DNA from: an uncultured bacterium
GTDB taxonomy: Bacteria > Verrucomicrobiota > Verrucomicrobiia > Limisphaerales > J093
Length of the DNA: 64,000 bases
Direction of reading: 5' to 3'
Assembly (NCBI GenBank): GCA_963735925.1
Contig: CAVTMT010000005.1
Span: 59,402 to 123,401 of the forward strand
Below, piece after piece: positions 53,061 through 62,531 of the stretch; within the stretch, counting starts at the first letter, position 1, and every line of letters begins with the position of its first letter. Position numbers and translations under genes: made by a program. The notes under the pieces were generated by a model that saw only the letters and a list, made by a program, of their open reading frames with translations, ran no database searches and was not told where the DNA came from.

Positions 53061-53282
53061 CTTCTTGCCGATCAGGATTTCGCGCACCCGAGCCCGATCG
53101 GCAGTTACTTGGATGCTTGCGTCTTCTTTGCGACGCTTTCGGGCCAGTCCCCGGTGGGACTACCGGCAAAGATGAAGGTCGAAGGCAGTACTTGGGATTC
53201 TACCGCAGTCTTGGGAGCGGAACGTCTCGGTCAGTTAAGGCGAATTGCCCAGTACTGTTCCCAGGAATCACGGAGGGAGTGA
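53061..53282 (+). pseudogene. C-terminal fragment of an SGNH/GDSL-like hydrolase
   Basis: DFAHPSPIGSYLDACVFFATLSGQSPVGLP resembles block V (DxxHP...GSYLAAC); no N-terminus. Confidence 0.55.
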
Positions 53283-53690
53283 ACCGACTTGCCCAAGTCA
53301 GGCAGTCTCGTTCGGAAATCCGCTCAACGTCCAGTTCCTCCAGTTCCGACCACGACTTCAACAGTGCCTCGATACACTTCCGGCGGTGAGGCTTCGACGA
53401 AAATTTGACTGCCGGCTTCCGTCAAGTTGAGATCGGTAGAGGTTCAAGACCTCGCCGAAGATCGTCCGGCCCTTACTTGCCTTGCCGCGGGCTTCGAGCT
53501 TTTCGCGTTCCTCCTTGACCAGATCGTTGAGCCGTAGTCGGGCGATGCTGATCTTGTCGGTGCGGAGTGACTGGTGAATGAGCTTGCCCCCGACTCGTAC
53601 GCGGGCAAAGTACGCCCCCGAGGGCACGTAACGGGTCAAGTTGGCGACGGGGGCTTTCACCCATTGAGGGTCTGCGCCGGTCGTTCTCAT
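53276..53690 (-). pseudogene. Truncated, frameshifted tyrosine integrase (N-terminal part only)
   Basis: VANLTRYVPSGAYFARVRVGGKLIHQSLRT...ARLRL continues in another frame as IEALLKSWSELEELDVERISERDCLTWASRF. No catalytic domain. Confidence 0.7.
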
Positions 53691-53770
53691 GCAGGCAGTA
53701 TCAGACTGCAGTGTCAAAATCGGATACCGTCTGAAATCCAAATCTGTAAGTGTTCTATTCTTAGTATTTT

Positions 53771-53846
53771 GGGCCCATAGCTCAGCGGTTAGAGCAGGCG
53801 ACTCATAATCGCTTGGTCGGGGGTTCAAATCCCTCTGGGCCCACCA
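53771..53846 (+). tRNA. tRNA-Ile2 (anticodon CAT, lysidine type)
   Basis: Cloverleaf GGGCCCA...TGGGCCC-ACCA. Anticodon arm GGCGA-CTCATAA-TCGCT as in ileX-type tRNAs; T-loop TTCAAAT; encoded CCA. Confidence 0.9.
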
Positions 53847-53859
53847 TACTTACGCAAAC

Positions 53860-53893
53860 TGGCCAAGGTCTCTTGGCCACTTCTTGGCCACTT
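53860..53893. repeat. Candidate integrase arm-type sites
   Basis: tggccaag followed by two tandem tcttggccactt copies, 14 bp after the tRNA CCA. Confidence 0.4.
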
Positions 53894-54191
53894 TTCGAGC
53901 GCCCGTGGCGGTCGTCCCGAATCGAACACGCCCGCGCTTCGGATCCGGCGAGTGGTGCCAGACCAGCAGTTCGTGTCCGTTCAGAACAGCGTATGAGTCG
54001 ATTGGATGCATGATTCCAGGATGCGCAAACGAGTCGCGCGCCCCAACGAATCAAAGCACAGCGGGGCGCTGAGGTCAACTTCAGCCAAAGTTCAGAAGTC
54101 CGGCGCAGCGAAGTGCTGGATGAGCGATGCGGGCAGATCGAAACAGGGGGTGAGCGAGTCCCGACGAATGAGACCGATTTTCGCGGTAAGC

Positions 54192-54389
54192 TTACCGTGA
54201 AGACAGATACCGTTGGAGTTCTGCTTTCGGAATCAAGATTCGCCTGAGCCCGGGCAGTTTCCGCAAGACTTTTCGTCGGACAAGGCGTCGCACGGTCTCC
54301 TCGCACACACCCAGCTCGACGGCGCTGCTCTTTACGTCGAACGTCTGGCATTCAGGGATCGCTGTCGTATTCATGGCTGTCAAGCTCAC
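54192..54389 (-). CDS. Small HTH DNA-binding protein, excisionase-like
   Basis: FDVKSSAVELGVCEETVRRLVRR...ILIPKAELQRYL. Start uncertain. Confidence 0.75.
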   Translation of the reverse strand: MSLTAMNTTAIPECQTFDVKSSAVELGVCEETVRRLVRRKVLRKLPGLRRILIPKAELQRYLSSR

Positions 54390-55296
54390 GACGACAGCCT
54401 ACGACTCATCGCGATTCTTCCGGTGTAGCTGCCACACAATATTCTCCACACCTGTGGTCCGCACGGCATCCGTCCGGGGCGGCGTTGCACAGGCTCGGAG
54501 CCGAATCAATCAATTGCGGTGATCGCAGTGGCACGCATCGCTCATCGAGTCGGCCCGCATTCGGTCGGGACTTCGAGTGCTCATGCCTTCGCGGGTTGGC
54601 GCCTCTGGTTGCTCCGCGCACCGGCGCGCCGGCATCAGCCGTCACGCCGCTGCTCCGGCTCCGCGCCCGCCGACGCCAATCCGCTCAGGTGTGTTTCGGC
54701 GGAGCGGTCGTGCTCTCTCGGTCCGGGGTGAAGAGAGCACTCCCGCTCCTTCACGAAACACAAAAACATGAGCACCAACGAAGTCATCACCCCGACCGCA
54801 AACCAGTCCGTCTCAACCCCAATGATGGAGGCGATTCAATCAGTCACCCGGCAAGGCGCACGCGCGCTGAGGAACTACAATCAACCCCAGGAATGGAAGC
54901 TGATCTCACTTCGAGAATGTCCAACACCCGAATCTCTCCAACTCTGCGACACGCCGGATATGGCGGCAAATTATTGGCGGGCGAACGTCGTCACCAACCC
55001 CTACTTCAACCCCGAGTGCGAAACTCTCGCGGTTCTGATGCTGAACACCAGGCGTCGTGTCAAAGGTCACTGCGTCGTCTCAATTGGAACGATGGATACC
55101 ATTCTCGTGCATCCTCGCGAGGTCTTTCGATTGGCAGTCATCGCCAGTGCTCATGCCATCATAATTATGCACAACTTATGTGCTGCGGCACATAAGTTGT
55201 GTTATGTGCAGCGCCGGTTTATGTGGTGCTGGATTGCTGCCACCTCGGAGTGGAGCTGATGAATGAAGTGTGTCTTGGGTGCGACGCTGCACATAA

Positions 55297-56310
55297 TCAG
55301 AGCCCCGATAACCACGAAAGGATGTCGGGGCTTTTCTGCCACGAGCTTCCGTGCTTGCCCTGAGTTGGGATCAGTTTCTCCGCCGACTGAAGCGTCTTGC
55401 GTTTCATCTCCAGATCAATCTCGACGTAGCCATGGGTCGTCTCGATGGAAGCATGGCCCAGCCAGGAACGGATCATGTTGAGATCGACATTCGACTGGAG
55501 CAGGTGCATCGCCGTGGTGTGGCGCCAGGTGTGGGGAGTTACCTTCCGGGTGAAGAGCGACGGGCATTCGGTTGCAGTTTCGGCCACTCGATGGGCAATG
55601 ATGTGCCGCAAACCGAAACGCGAGAGCCGATTCCCCTCCGTGTTGACGAACAGGGGGACGGCTTCATCCAGGCGCACCGGGCGCGCCGCCAAGTAGGTTT
55701 TGATGGCTTGGACTGTTTCCGTCCACAGCGGGCAGGTTCGCTCTTTGCGGCCTTTGCCAAGGATGCGCACGTGGTAAGGCCGGCTGAAGCGGACGTGGTT
55801 GACATCCAGGTTCACCAGCTCTTGGGCACGCATGCCCGTGTTATAGAGCAGCCGGAGCAGGCCGTCGTCGCGTCGTCCCAGCGGCGTTCGGCAGTTGATC
55901 TGCGCGAAGATCTTCAGGACCTCCGACCGCTCCAGGTATTCGGGCACGCGCTGCGCATGGCGCTTGAACGGAACCGCGAGAATGGATTCGCAGTGGGCCA
56001 GGTAACGCGGGTCGGTCTGGGCCACGTATTGAAAGAAGGAGTGAATGGCTGCCAACCGGTTGTTCCGCGTGGGCACCGCATTGTGCCGCTCGCGCTCCAA
56101 GTAGGCCAAGAAGTGACGGACCGTGTCCGGTGTCAGCTCTTCCAACGTCAGACCGATGCTGGTTTTACGATGTCGCCTGGAGGCAAACTGCAAGAAGAGC
56201 TTCCAGGTGTCGCGATACGCCAGCACGGTATGGCCGCTGAGCCCCCGCTGCGAGACCAGGTATTGCTCGAAGAAGTTCCGAATCAGAGTTCCGAGGTCAG
56301 GCCGTGTCAT
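55297..56310 (-). CDS. Tyrosine recombinase, third gene of RIT1
   Basis: LYNTGMRAQE, GKGRKER, TPHTWRHTTAMHLL, WLGHASIETTHGY. Start MTRPDLG. Confidence 0.92.
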   Translation of the reverse strand: MTRPDLGTLIRNFFEQYLVSQRGLSGHTVLAYRDTWKLFLQFASRRHRKTSIGLTLEELTPDTVRHFLAYLERERHNAVPTRNNRLAAIHSFFQYVAQTDPRYLAHCESILAVPFKRHAQRVPEYLERSEVLKIFAQINCRTPLGRRDDGLLRLLYNTGMRAQELVNLDVNHVRFSRPYHVRILGKGRKERTCPLWTETVQAIKTYLAARPVRLDEAVPLFVNTEGNRLSRFGLRHIIAHRVAETATECPSLFTRKVTPHTWRHTTAMHLLQSNVDLNMIRSWLGHASIETTHGYVEIDLEMKRKTLQSAEKLIPTQGKHGSSWQKSPDILSWLSGL

Positions 56311-57283
56311 GGCGTTTGGTCCGAGGGCGGAGTGGAATGGCAAAATGGGCGTGAAAACGCTGGCCGGCGCTCTCCAGCAACTGGGCTGTGGCCTGGAGGT
56401 AGATTTCCGTGCCGGTGATGGTGCTATGACCCAGATAGGTTGAGAGCAGCGGAAGTTTGGCCGCGAGATTGGCGCCCTGCCGATACCACGCCAGGAGGCG
56501 ATGCACGGCAAACGTGTGGCGCAAGTCGTGGATGCGCGGGCCGGATTGCCCCTTGGGACCGCGCAGGCCAAGGCTGCGCAGCAGTTCCAGAAAGAGCGTC
56601 ACGAAGCCCGGATGTCCGTGCCGGGTGCCGATGATATTCAGGAACACCGGCGCCGTGGGAGCGATTGAAAAGCCAGCGCTCCGACGCTGGCGCAAATACT
56701 TTTTCACCCGCCGGGCTGCGGAGGGCGAGAGGGGCACGTATCGGGACTTTTGGAACTTGCCCTCGCGAACCTCAATGACCCGGCGCTGGAGATCAACATC
56801 CCGCAGCGTCAAATTCAAGGCCTCCCCGATGCGGAGGCCCGTCGCGTAAAGAAGCCCGATCAAGTTCGCGGCCACGACTGGTCGCAGGCTTCCCGACGGG
56901 CCGAGTTGCCGTGCCGCTGCCATGAGGCGGCGGATGTCCTGACGAGTATAGATGTGAGGCGCCGGCCGGGTCCGCCGCGGCGAGAAGCTTTGATGAATGA
57001 GGCAGGTCTCGGGATCAAAATAGTGCAGGTAGCGGCAGAACCGGCGCAGAATACAAAGCCGATTGATCCGGGTGTTTGGACTCAAGGAAGCCATGCTTTC
57101 ATTCCAGCGCTCCACAACTGGGCGACTGATCGTTTGCCCCGGTTTGAGTTCGCCAGTCAGGAAGCGATCCAGGTAAATCAGGATTTTCTGATTGCTGAGT
57201 CCACCCCGGCTTCGTGCGTAATGCGTTTCCCAAAAGGCCTGGAGCCGAGGCGCCAGCGGACTGCGAAAAAGACATGTGCCCAT
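56297..57283 (-). CDS. Tyrosine recombinase, second gene of RIT1
   Basis: PHIYT, YATGLRIGEA, GKFQKSR, HDLRHTFAV, LSTYLGH...TEIYL. Confidence 0.92.
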   Translation of the reverse strand: MGTCLFRSPLAPRLQAFWETHYARSRGGLSNQKILIYLDRFLTGELKPGQTISRPVVERWNESMASLSPNTRINRLCILRRFCRYLHYFDPETCLIHQSFSPRRTRPAPHIYTRQDIRRLMAAARQLGPSGSLRPVVAANLIGLLYATGLRIGEALNLTLRDVDLQRRVIEVREGKFQKSRYVPLSPSAARRVKKYLRQRRSAGFSIAPTAPVFLNIIGTRHGHPGFVTLFLELLRSLGLRGPKGQSGPRIHDLRHTFAVHRLLAWYRQGANLAAKLPLLSTYLGHSTITGTEIYLQATAQLLESAGQRFHAHFAIPLRPRTKRHDTA

Positions 57284-57287
57284 AAAC

Positions 57288-58544
57288 TCAGTCCTTGACT
57301 GGCCACGGCAGGGCGACCTGACGAAGTGAGGCGAGGTTGGCCTTGGCGTAAATGAAAGTCGTGTCGATGTAACGATGGCCCAGAACATCGGCAATAGCCT
57401 TGATGGGCGAGTCATGGGCCAGAGCGCGAATCGCCCAGGAGTGGCGGAGGCTGCGTGAGCCGCTGCCGGCGGTTTTGACGCCCGCGTGTTCGAGGTGGCG
57501 GCGCACGATCATGGAGATGGCGACGCTGTCGAGCGGACGAAAAGGAGCTTTGGCGCTGAGAAAAAGCTGGCGGCACAGGGTCTGTCCTGGGCGATGTTGC
57601 AGGTATTGAATCAGGGCTTCACCCACCGCCTGCATGAGCGGCAAGACCACTTCCTTGCCGCCCTTTTGGGCGCGGATCCGGATCCGCGAGTGCTGCCAGT
57701 CTAAATCATCCAAAAGCAATTGGGCCGCTGAAACACCCCGGATGCCGTAGGCCATCAGCAGCACGAGGATCGCATGGTCCCGAGCCCCAACGGGTGTGTC
57801 TCGCGGGATCGCCTTGAGCATTTTTCCCAGCACCGAGTCATCCAGCCCCTTGGGCAGGGAGGCATGCCGATAGCGACGGATGGGCGGCACCAACCCCGAG
57901 AAGTCGGCGGGGGCGTGACGCCGGGATGCGCAGTAGCGGAAGAATCGGCGTAAGGTTCCAGCCAAGGCTTCTGGGGCCGTGCTGATTCGGAGCAACTCTT
58001 TGACGAAGCCCTCGACCGTGGCGGCCTTGAGGGCTGGGAACCGCTCGCGCTGCGCGCTTCGGCCCATCGCCTCAAGCAAGGAGCTGACTTGGACGCGGCA
58101 CCGTTTGATCGTAACCTCGGAGAACTGGCACTCGACTCGGAGATAACGCGTATAGGGCTCCAGGAGCCAGTCAAAGGGCTGGACGATCCGTTCAGGCTTC
58201 GGTGGCTTCAGGACTTGGATCTGAATCAGGTAATCGAAAAGATGCCTGATCGCGGCCCGCGCCGTGTGAAGGGCTGAATAACCCCGGGGTGGGTTGGGAA
58301 GATGGGCGAAATAGGCCCGCAAGAAAGCTTCGACCTGGGCCTCGCCCAGTTGGTCACAGTGCGAGACGCGTTGCTCCACCAGGAAGCCATTGAGTTGGCA
58401 ACACTTGGCGAGAATGACGCAGCCTGTGTGGGGAGCGTAGCCTTTGGCTTGGAGATAAGCGGCGAAGCCGTCGAAATGAGGTCCGAGCAGGCCTCGGCGG
58501 AAATCGACCAACGTGCGTTTTTCTTTGAACCAGAATTCGAGCAT
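57288..58544 (-). CDS. Tyrosine recombinase, first gene of RIT1
   Basis: RDHAIL, YGIRG, QKGGK, SLRHSWA, IADVLGH...TTFIYAK...LRQVALPWP. Confidence 0.9.
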   Translation of the reverse strand: MLEFWFKEKRTLVDFRRGLLGPHFDGFAAYLQAKGYAPHTGCVILAKCCQLNGFLVEQRVSHCDQLGEAQVEAFLRAYFAHLPNPPRGYSALHTARAAIRHLFDYLIQIQVLKPPKPERIVQPFDWLLEPYTRYLRVECQFSEVTIKRCRVQVSSLLEAMGRSAQRERFPALKAATVEGFVKELLRISTAPEALAGTLRRFFRYCASRRHAPADFSGLVPPIRRYRHASLPKGLDDSVLGKMLKAIPRDTPVGARDHAILVLLMAYGIRGVSAAQLLLDDLDWQHSRIRIRAQKGGKEVVLPLMQAVGEALIQYLQHRPGQTLCRQLFLSAKAPFRPLDSVAISMIVRRHLEHAGVKTAGSGSRSLRHSWAIRALAHDSPIKAIADVLGHRYIDTTFIYAKANLASLRQVALPWPVKD

Positions 58545-58732
58545 ACGGGTTGACCGTTTGGGATTGAAAACGGCGGAGCCAAAGTGAACGGTTATGGTTT
58601 TGAAGTTGCAGTGTCCAAAATCCGCCGCGATCGCCCCGGCCTTGCCACGCGCAGTCCCGCCTTCTGGAAAAAGCCGCTGCGTCCCGAAAGAACGCAGCGG
58701 TTATGTGGAGTTGTGTCGAGCTGAGGATCGCG

Positions 58733-58999
58733 TCACAACGGATGTTCGGACTGCCCGGATGAGGTCGGCTTCGATTCATCCGGCGCGGCGTCAGAGGCGC
58801 GGAGCTCAATCATTCCGGGAGCAACGCACGTGACATGAACGCGATTCCCCGGTCGGAACCCAGCTCGCTCAAGCCAGCGTCCCATGAGCCGGATTTTCGG
58901 TATTGTGAGGCCCTTCCAGAAATCGCCCACAGCCTCGATCCTCAATCTGCGAACGGGCGGGTCTGGCGGAGGACGCAGGAGTGATTTACCTTCAAGCAT
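58733..58999 (-). CDS. SymE-like (AbrB-fold, type I toxin family) protein inside RIT1
   Basis: PKIRLMGRWLERAGFRPGNRVHV matches the SymE signature; strong RBS AAGGAGG before ATG 58999. Confidence 0.75.
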   Translation of the reverse strand: MLEGKSLLRPPPDPPVRRLRIEAVGDFWKGLTIPKIRLMGRWLERAGFRPGNRVHVTCVAPGMIELRASDAAPDESKPTSSGQSEHPL

Positions 59000-59371
59000 A
59001 ACCCTCCTTTCGCCGTAAAACCCGCGCGAACGTCAGCACCGCCGATCGGTGGCTGCACATAAATCGGCGCTGCACATAACATAATCATCCAAGCGGGGAA
59101 CCAGCTCCGTCCGAGGCGGACATCCGCATCACCCGCGATCTCATCCGCGCCGGACAACTCCTCAAGGTCGAAATTCTTGACCACGTGATCCTGTTATCCA
59201 AATGTTTGGATAAGATGATTTAGGCCAAGTGCCGGATTATCCCAAGTGGGTGACGGATCTAGCGTGAACACTGTGCCGCCACCTGATTGGCACTTGGCAT
59301 AATGTGAAGGTGGCGGAGGACCGGCGACTTCGGCTGGCGGCGATGTGAAGTTGATGCCGTGATGGGGGTCT

Positions 59372-60586
59372 ATGATCAAACGACCCCGTTACGGACCATA
59401 TCACATGGGCCGGAACGTTTGTTCCTCCGACCTTCAGCTCATTGACGGAGCGTTCGCCAGGCATATGCGTGAGCACGGCTATTCAGTGAGCTCAGTGGCA
59501 CAATATCGGAAGCACCTCGTTCGCGTCGCGGGTTGGCTTGCGGTCCATCATCGCCGATTGACCAGTCTTACCCGCAAGGAACTCCCTCGACTTGCGCGCC
59601 TGATGGTGCCGCAGGCGACATATCCCGCACTCTTTGGTGCGCTCAATCGGTGGCTGAAGTTCCGCCAATGCTACGCAACAGAACCGCGCGAGCCATGGGC
59701 CTCTTCGCTCAACGACTATAGGGCATTCTTGCAGAACCACCGTGGTTTCGTGCGACTGACCGCTGACGGATATGTCGCCTTTGCACGGCGTTATCTCTCG
59801 TGGCAGTTCGGCGACCGCGAAGCACGGTGGGCCAATGTCCGCGCTCACGATATCTGGCGATTCGCGGAGCTTTGTGCCCAGGGTCACACTTCCGGCTACG
59901 CCAAGTCCTTTCTCAGTGCGTTGCGACGGTTTCTCGGTTTCGTTCAGCTGCGCGGCGCCTGTCCCGCGCAACTGGTGCAGGCGATCCCCACGGTCGCAAA
60001 CTTTCGCCAACACTACAGCCCCGGCGGACTCACAGGCACTCAACGGAAGAAGTTGCTGCGCTCCTTCGATCGGCAGACCGCCCAAGGCTGCTGTGAGCAC
60101 GCGGCGGCGCTCTGCATGATCGAGTTGGGGCTACGCAACTGCGAGGTGGTCCAGCTTCGGTTCCAAGACATCGACTGGGAGGCAGGTTTGGTTCGTGTGC
60201 CGGTGATGAAGAGCGGAGTCGCCCGAATCGTCCCGCTCCCTGCACCAATGGGCGACGTGTTGCGCCACTATATCCAACGCTTTCGCGGAGGCAGCCAGAG
60301 TGACCGTGTGTTTCTGCGGCACGCCAAGATGGTCGGAACCCCGGTCAGTACCCATTGCGTGCGGATGGCCATGCGGCGCGCTTACCGGCGTTGTGGGTTT
60401 CCTGGAGCCTACGGTGGGACGCACGTGTTGCGGCGGACTTTCGCCACCCGCCTACACGCGCGCGGTGCAGACCTGCGCGAGATCGGCGATCTCCTTGGCC
60501 ACCAAGACCTGATGACTACCAGCCTCTACACTGACCTCACCGTCTCCGACCTGCGCGTGCTGGTTCAACCCTGGCCCCTCCCATGA
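59372..60586 (+). CDS. Tyrosine recombinase, first gene of RIT2
   Basis: LGLRNCEV, MKSG, GTHVLRRTFAT, IGDLLGH...TTSLY...VQPWP. Start uncertain. Confidence 0.9.
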   Translation: MIKRPRYGPYHMGRNVCSSDLQLIDGAFARHMREHGYSVSSVAQYRKHLVRVAGWLAVHHRRLTSLTRKELPRLARLMVPQATYPALFGALNRWLKFRQCYATEPREPWASSLNDYRAFLQNHRGFVRLTADGYVAFARRYLSWQFGDREARWANVRAHDIWRFAELCAQGHTSGYAKSFLSALRRFLGFVQLRGACPAQLVQAIPTVANFRQHYSPGGLTGTQRKKLLRSFDRQTAQGCCEHAAALCMIELGLRNCEVVQLRFQDIDWEAGLVRVPVMKSGVARIVPLPAPMGDVLRHYIQRFRGGSQSDRVFLRHAKMVGTPVSTHCVRMAMRRAYRRCGFPGAYGGTHVLRRTFATRLHARGADLREIGDLLGHQDLMTTSLYTDLTVSDLRVLVQPWPLP

Positions 60587-61539
60587 AACCCACCACCATG
60601 CATTCTCGGGTGCGCGCGTATCTCGCGCACCGTCGCAAGCTCGGGTTCGTGCTGAGCAGGCAAGCCTATCACCTGCGCAAATTCGCCTCCTTCGCCGACA
60701 AGACAGCATCGGGGCAGCCACTAACCGCCGCCCTCGCGTTGCAATGGGCCACGTCGGTCGGCCACAACCGATGCGGGTATCACGCCATGCGCTATCAGTC
60801 GGTACGCGGCCTGGCGCGCTACCTCGCCGCCCTCGATCCTCACACGGAGGTGCCACCGGCACGGATGCTCGGTTCGACCTGTATTCGGCGCCAGCCGCAC
60901 ATTTACACCCTTGAGCAGGTCCGGCTCATGATGAAGCAGGCGCGGCAACTCCCGCATCGGTTCCGCCACATGGCACTCCGGTCACGGACGTTTGAAACAA
61001 TGATCGGGTTGGTGTTCTGCACCGGCCTTCGCCCGGCCGAGGTGTGTAAGTTGCGGCTCGTTGACTTTGACCCTCGGGCACGCACGATCGTGATCAGCCA
61101 GACCAAGTTCAGTCCGCAGCGGACCTTGCCCTTACATTCGACCGTCGTGCGTGCGCTGGAACGTTACCAAAAGGCGCGACGGCGGATCATCCCGTTCGGG
61201 GATCATCTCTTCGTCGGCCGGCGCGGGGTCCCTTTCACCTCCGAAACGATTGGCGCTGTTTTCCGCTCCATCGTCCGAGGCATCGAGCCCAACGGCGCGC
61301 GGCCCGTCGTTCGCTTTAGCGACCTGCGCCATACGTTTGCCTCCCGATTGATTTCCGCCTGGAGCCGCCGAGGCGAATCGGTGCCGCACTATTTGGTGCT
61401 GCTGTCGCGCTACATGGGGCACAAACGGTTCAACGCCACCTGGTGGTACGTATCGCCTGACTGTTCGTCGCTGAGCAAGGCGGCGCAGCTCTTTCAACGC
61501 TTCCAGCAAAATCAACCATCCCACGATTCCCCACTATGA
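60583..61539 (+). CDS. Tyrosine recombinase, second gene of RIT2
   Basis: YLAHRRKLGF, PHIYT, TGLRPAE, TKF, DLRHTFA, LSRYMGH...TWWY. Confidence 0.9.
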   Translation: MKPTTMHSRVRAYLAHRRKLGFVLSRQAYHLRKFASFADKTASGQPLTAALALQWATSVGHNRCGYHAMRYQSVRGLARYLAALDPHTEVPPARMLGSTCIRRQPHIYTLEQVRLMMKQARQLPHRFRHMALRSRTFETMIGLVFCTGLRPAEVCKLRLVDFDPRARTIVISQTKFSPQRTLPLHSTVVRALERYQKARRRIIPFGDHLFVGRRGVPFTSETIGAVFRSIVRGIEPNGARPVVRFSDLRHTFASRLISAWSRRGESVPHYLVLLSRYMGHKRFNATWWYVSPDCSSLSKAAQLFQRFQQNQPSHDSPL

Positions 61540-62531
61540 CCTCCAATCCCTTTCCCACTCTCATCGAACGATTCTTTGTCGATCATCTTCGCACCCAACG
61601 CAACGTGAGCCCGCGGACGATTGAGGCCTACAGCGACACCTTCCGCATTCTGCTGAGGTATCTCGCCGAAACGCATCACCAGACGATTGATCAGCTCACC
61701 TTCCGTGAGTTCGGGGCCGACGATATTCTGGGCTTCCTTGACCATCTCGAACGCGTACGTGGAAATTGTGTGCGTTCCCGCAACGCGCGCCTGGCTGCCA
61801 TCCGGGCTTTCGCACATTTTGCCTTGGCCTATTCCGGCCCAGCTTTTGCGGTCGCCAGCCAACGGATTCTGTCGATCCCATGTAAGCGCACCACGAAGCC
61901 AGTGTTGACCTTCATGACCCGCGAAGAGGTCATGGCGCTCCTCGCCGCCATCGACACGACGACGAACTCCGGCCGACGGGATCACCTGCTCTTCAGTCTG
62001 CTGTATCAGACCGGTGCTCGCGTTTCGGAGGCGTCACAACTTCGCCCCAGTGACGTTCGGGATAGGTTTGTGCGCCTGCATGGCAAGGGCCGAAAGGAGC
62101 GGGCGGTTCCCATCGCGAACGACTTGCTGCACCGACTGCACGAGCATGTCAGGACCAACAAGGTGTCACCAGACTGCCCCTTATTCGCCAACCGGCAGGG
62201 TCTCGCGCTGACCCGTGAAGGCATCGCGCTCCGGCTTGATCTTGCGGTCCGCAGGGCGGAGCAAACTTGTCCGTCCCTGCGAGGACGCCGAATTACCCCG
62301 CATACCTGGCGGCACTCAACGGCGATGCACCTGCTGCAAGCCGGCGTGCCGCTGGAAGTCATTGCTCTCTGGCTCGGCCACGAGCAACCGGCAGCGACGC
62401 ATCCCTACGTGCAAGCCGATATCAAAATGAAGCGGGAATGTATGAAGCTCCTTGAACAACCCAGCAAGCCCCGACGCAAAAGCGACCCGCTGCGGTTCTC
62501 CCGGCTGTTGTCATTTCTGGAGGCCCAATAA
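61536..62531 (+). CDS. Tyrosine recombinase, third gene of RIT2
   Basis: RNARLAAI, YQTGARVSE, HGKGRKER, TPHTWRHSTAMHLL, WLGHE...THPY. Confidence 0.92.
   Translation: MTSNPFPTLIERFFVDHLRTQRNVSPRTIEAYSDTFRILLRYLAETHHQTIDQLTFREFGADDILGFLDHLERVRGNCVRSRNARLAAIRAFAHFALAYSGPAFAVASQRILSIPCKRTTKPVLTFMTREEVMALLAAIDTTTNSGRRDHLLFSLLYQTGARVSEASQLRPSDVRDRFVRLHGKGRKERAVPIANDLLHRLHEHVRTNKVSPDCPLFANRQGLALTREGIALRLDLAVRRAEQTCPSLRGRRITPHTWRHSTAMHLLQAGVPLEVIALWLGHEQPAATHPYVQADIKMKRECMKLLEQPSKPRRKSDPLRFSRLLSFLEAQ

Larger units (their letters stand above)
55176..59085 (-). mobile_element. RIT element 1 (recombinase in trio)
   Basis: Three overlapping tyrosine recombinase genes. TIRs at 55202-55225 and 59056-59079 match 23/24. 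Left 20-bp palindrome at 55176-55195. Confidence 0.92.

Noticed and set aside
53691-53828. N-terminal extension of ORF 53358-53828
   Set aside because: It is the antisense reading of the tRNA and its upstream region. The integrase remnant starts at ATG 53690.
53771-53846. tRNA-Met or tRNA-fMet
   Set aside because: It lacks the initiator C1:A72 mismatch and the GGG/CCC anticodon stem. The sequence follows the Ile2 pattern, though elongator Met is not formally excluded without tRNAscan-SE.
55176-55259. C-terminus of the 163-aa ORF 54768-55259 as a genuine protein end
   Set aside because: Residues after MHN are read-through into the RIT1 end. The true continuation is at 59086.
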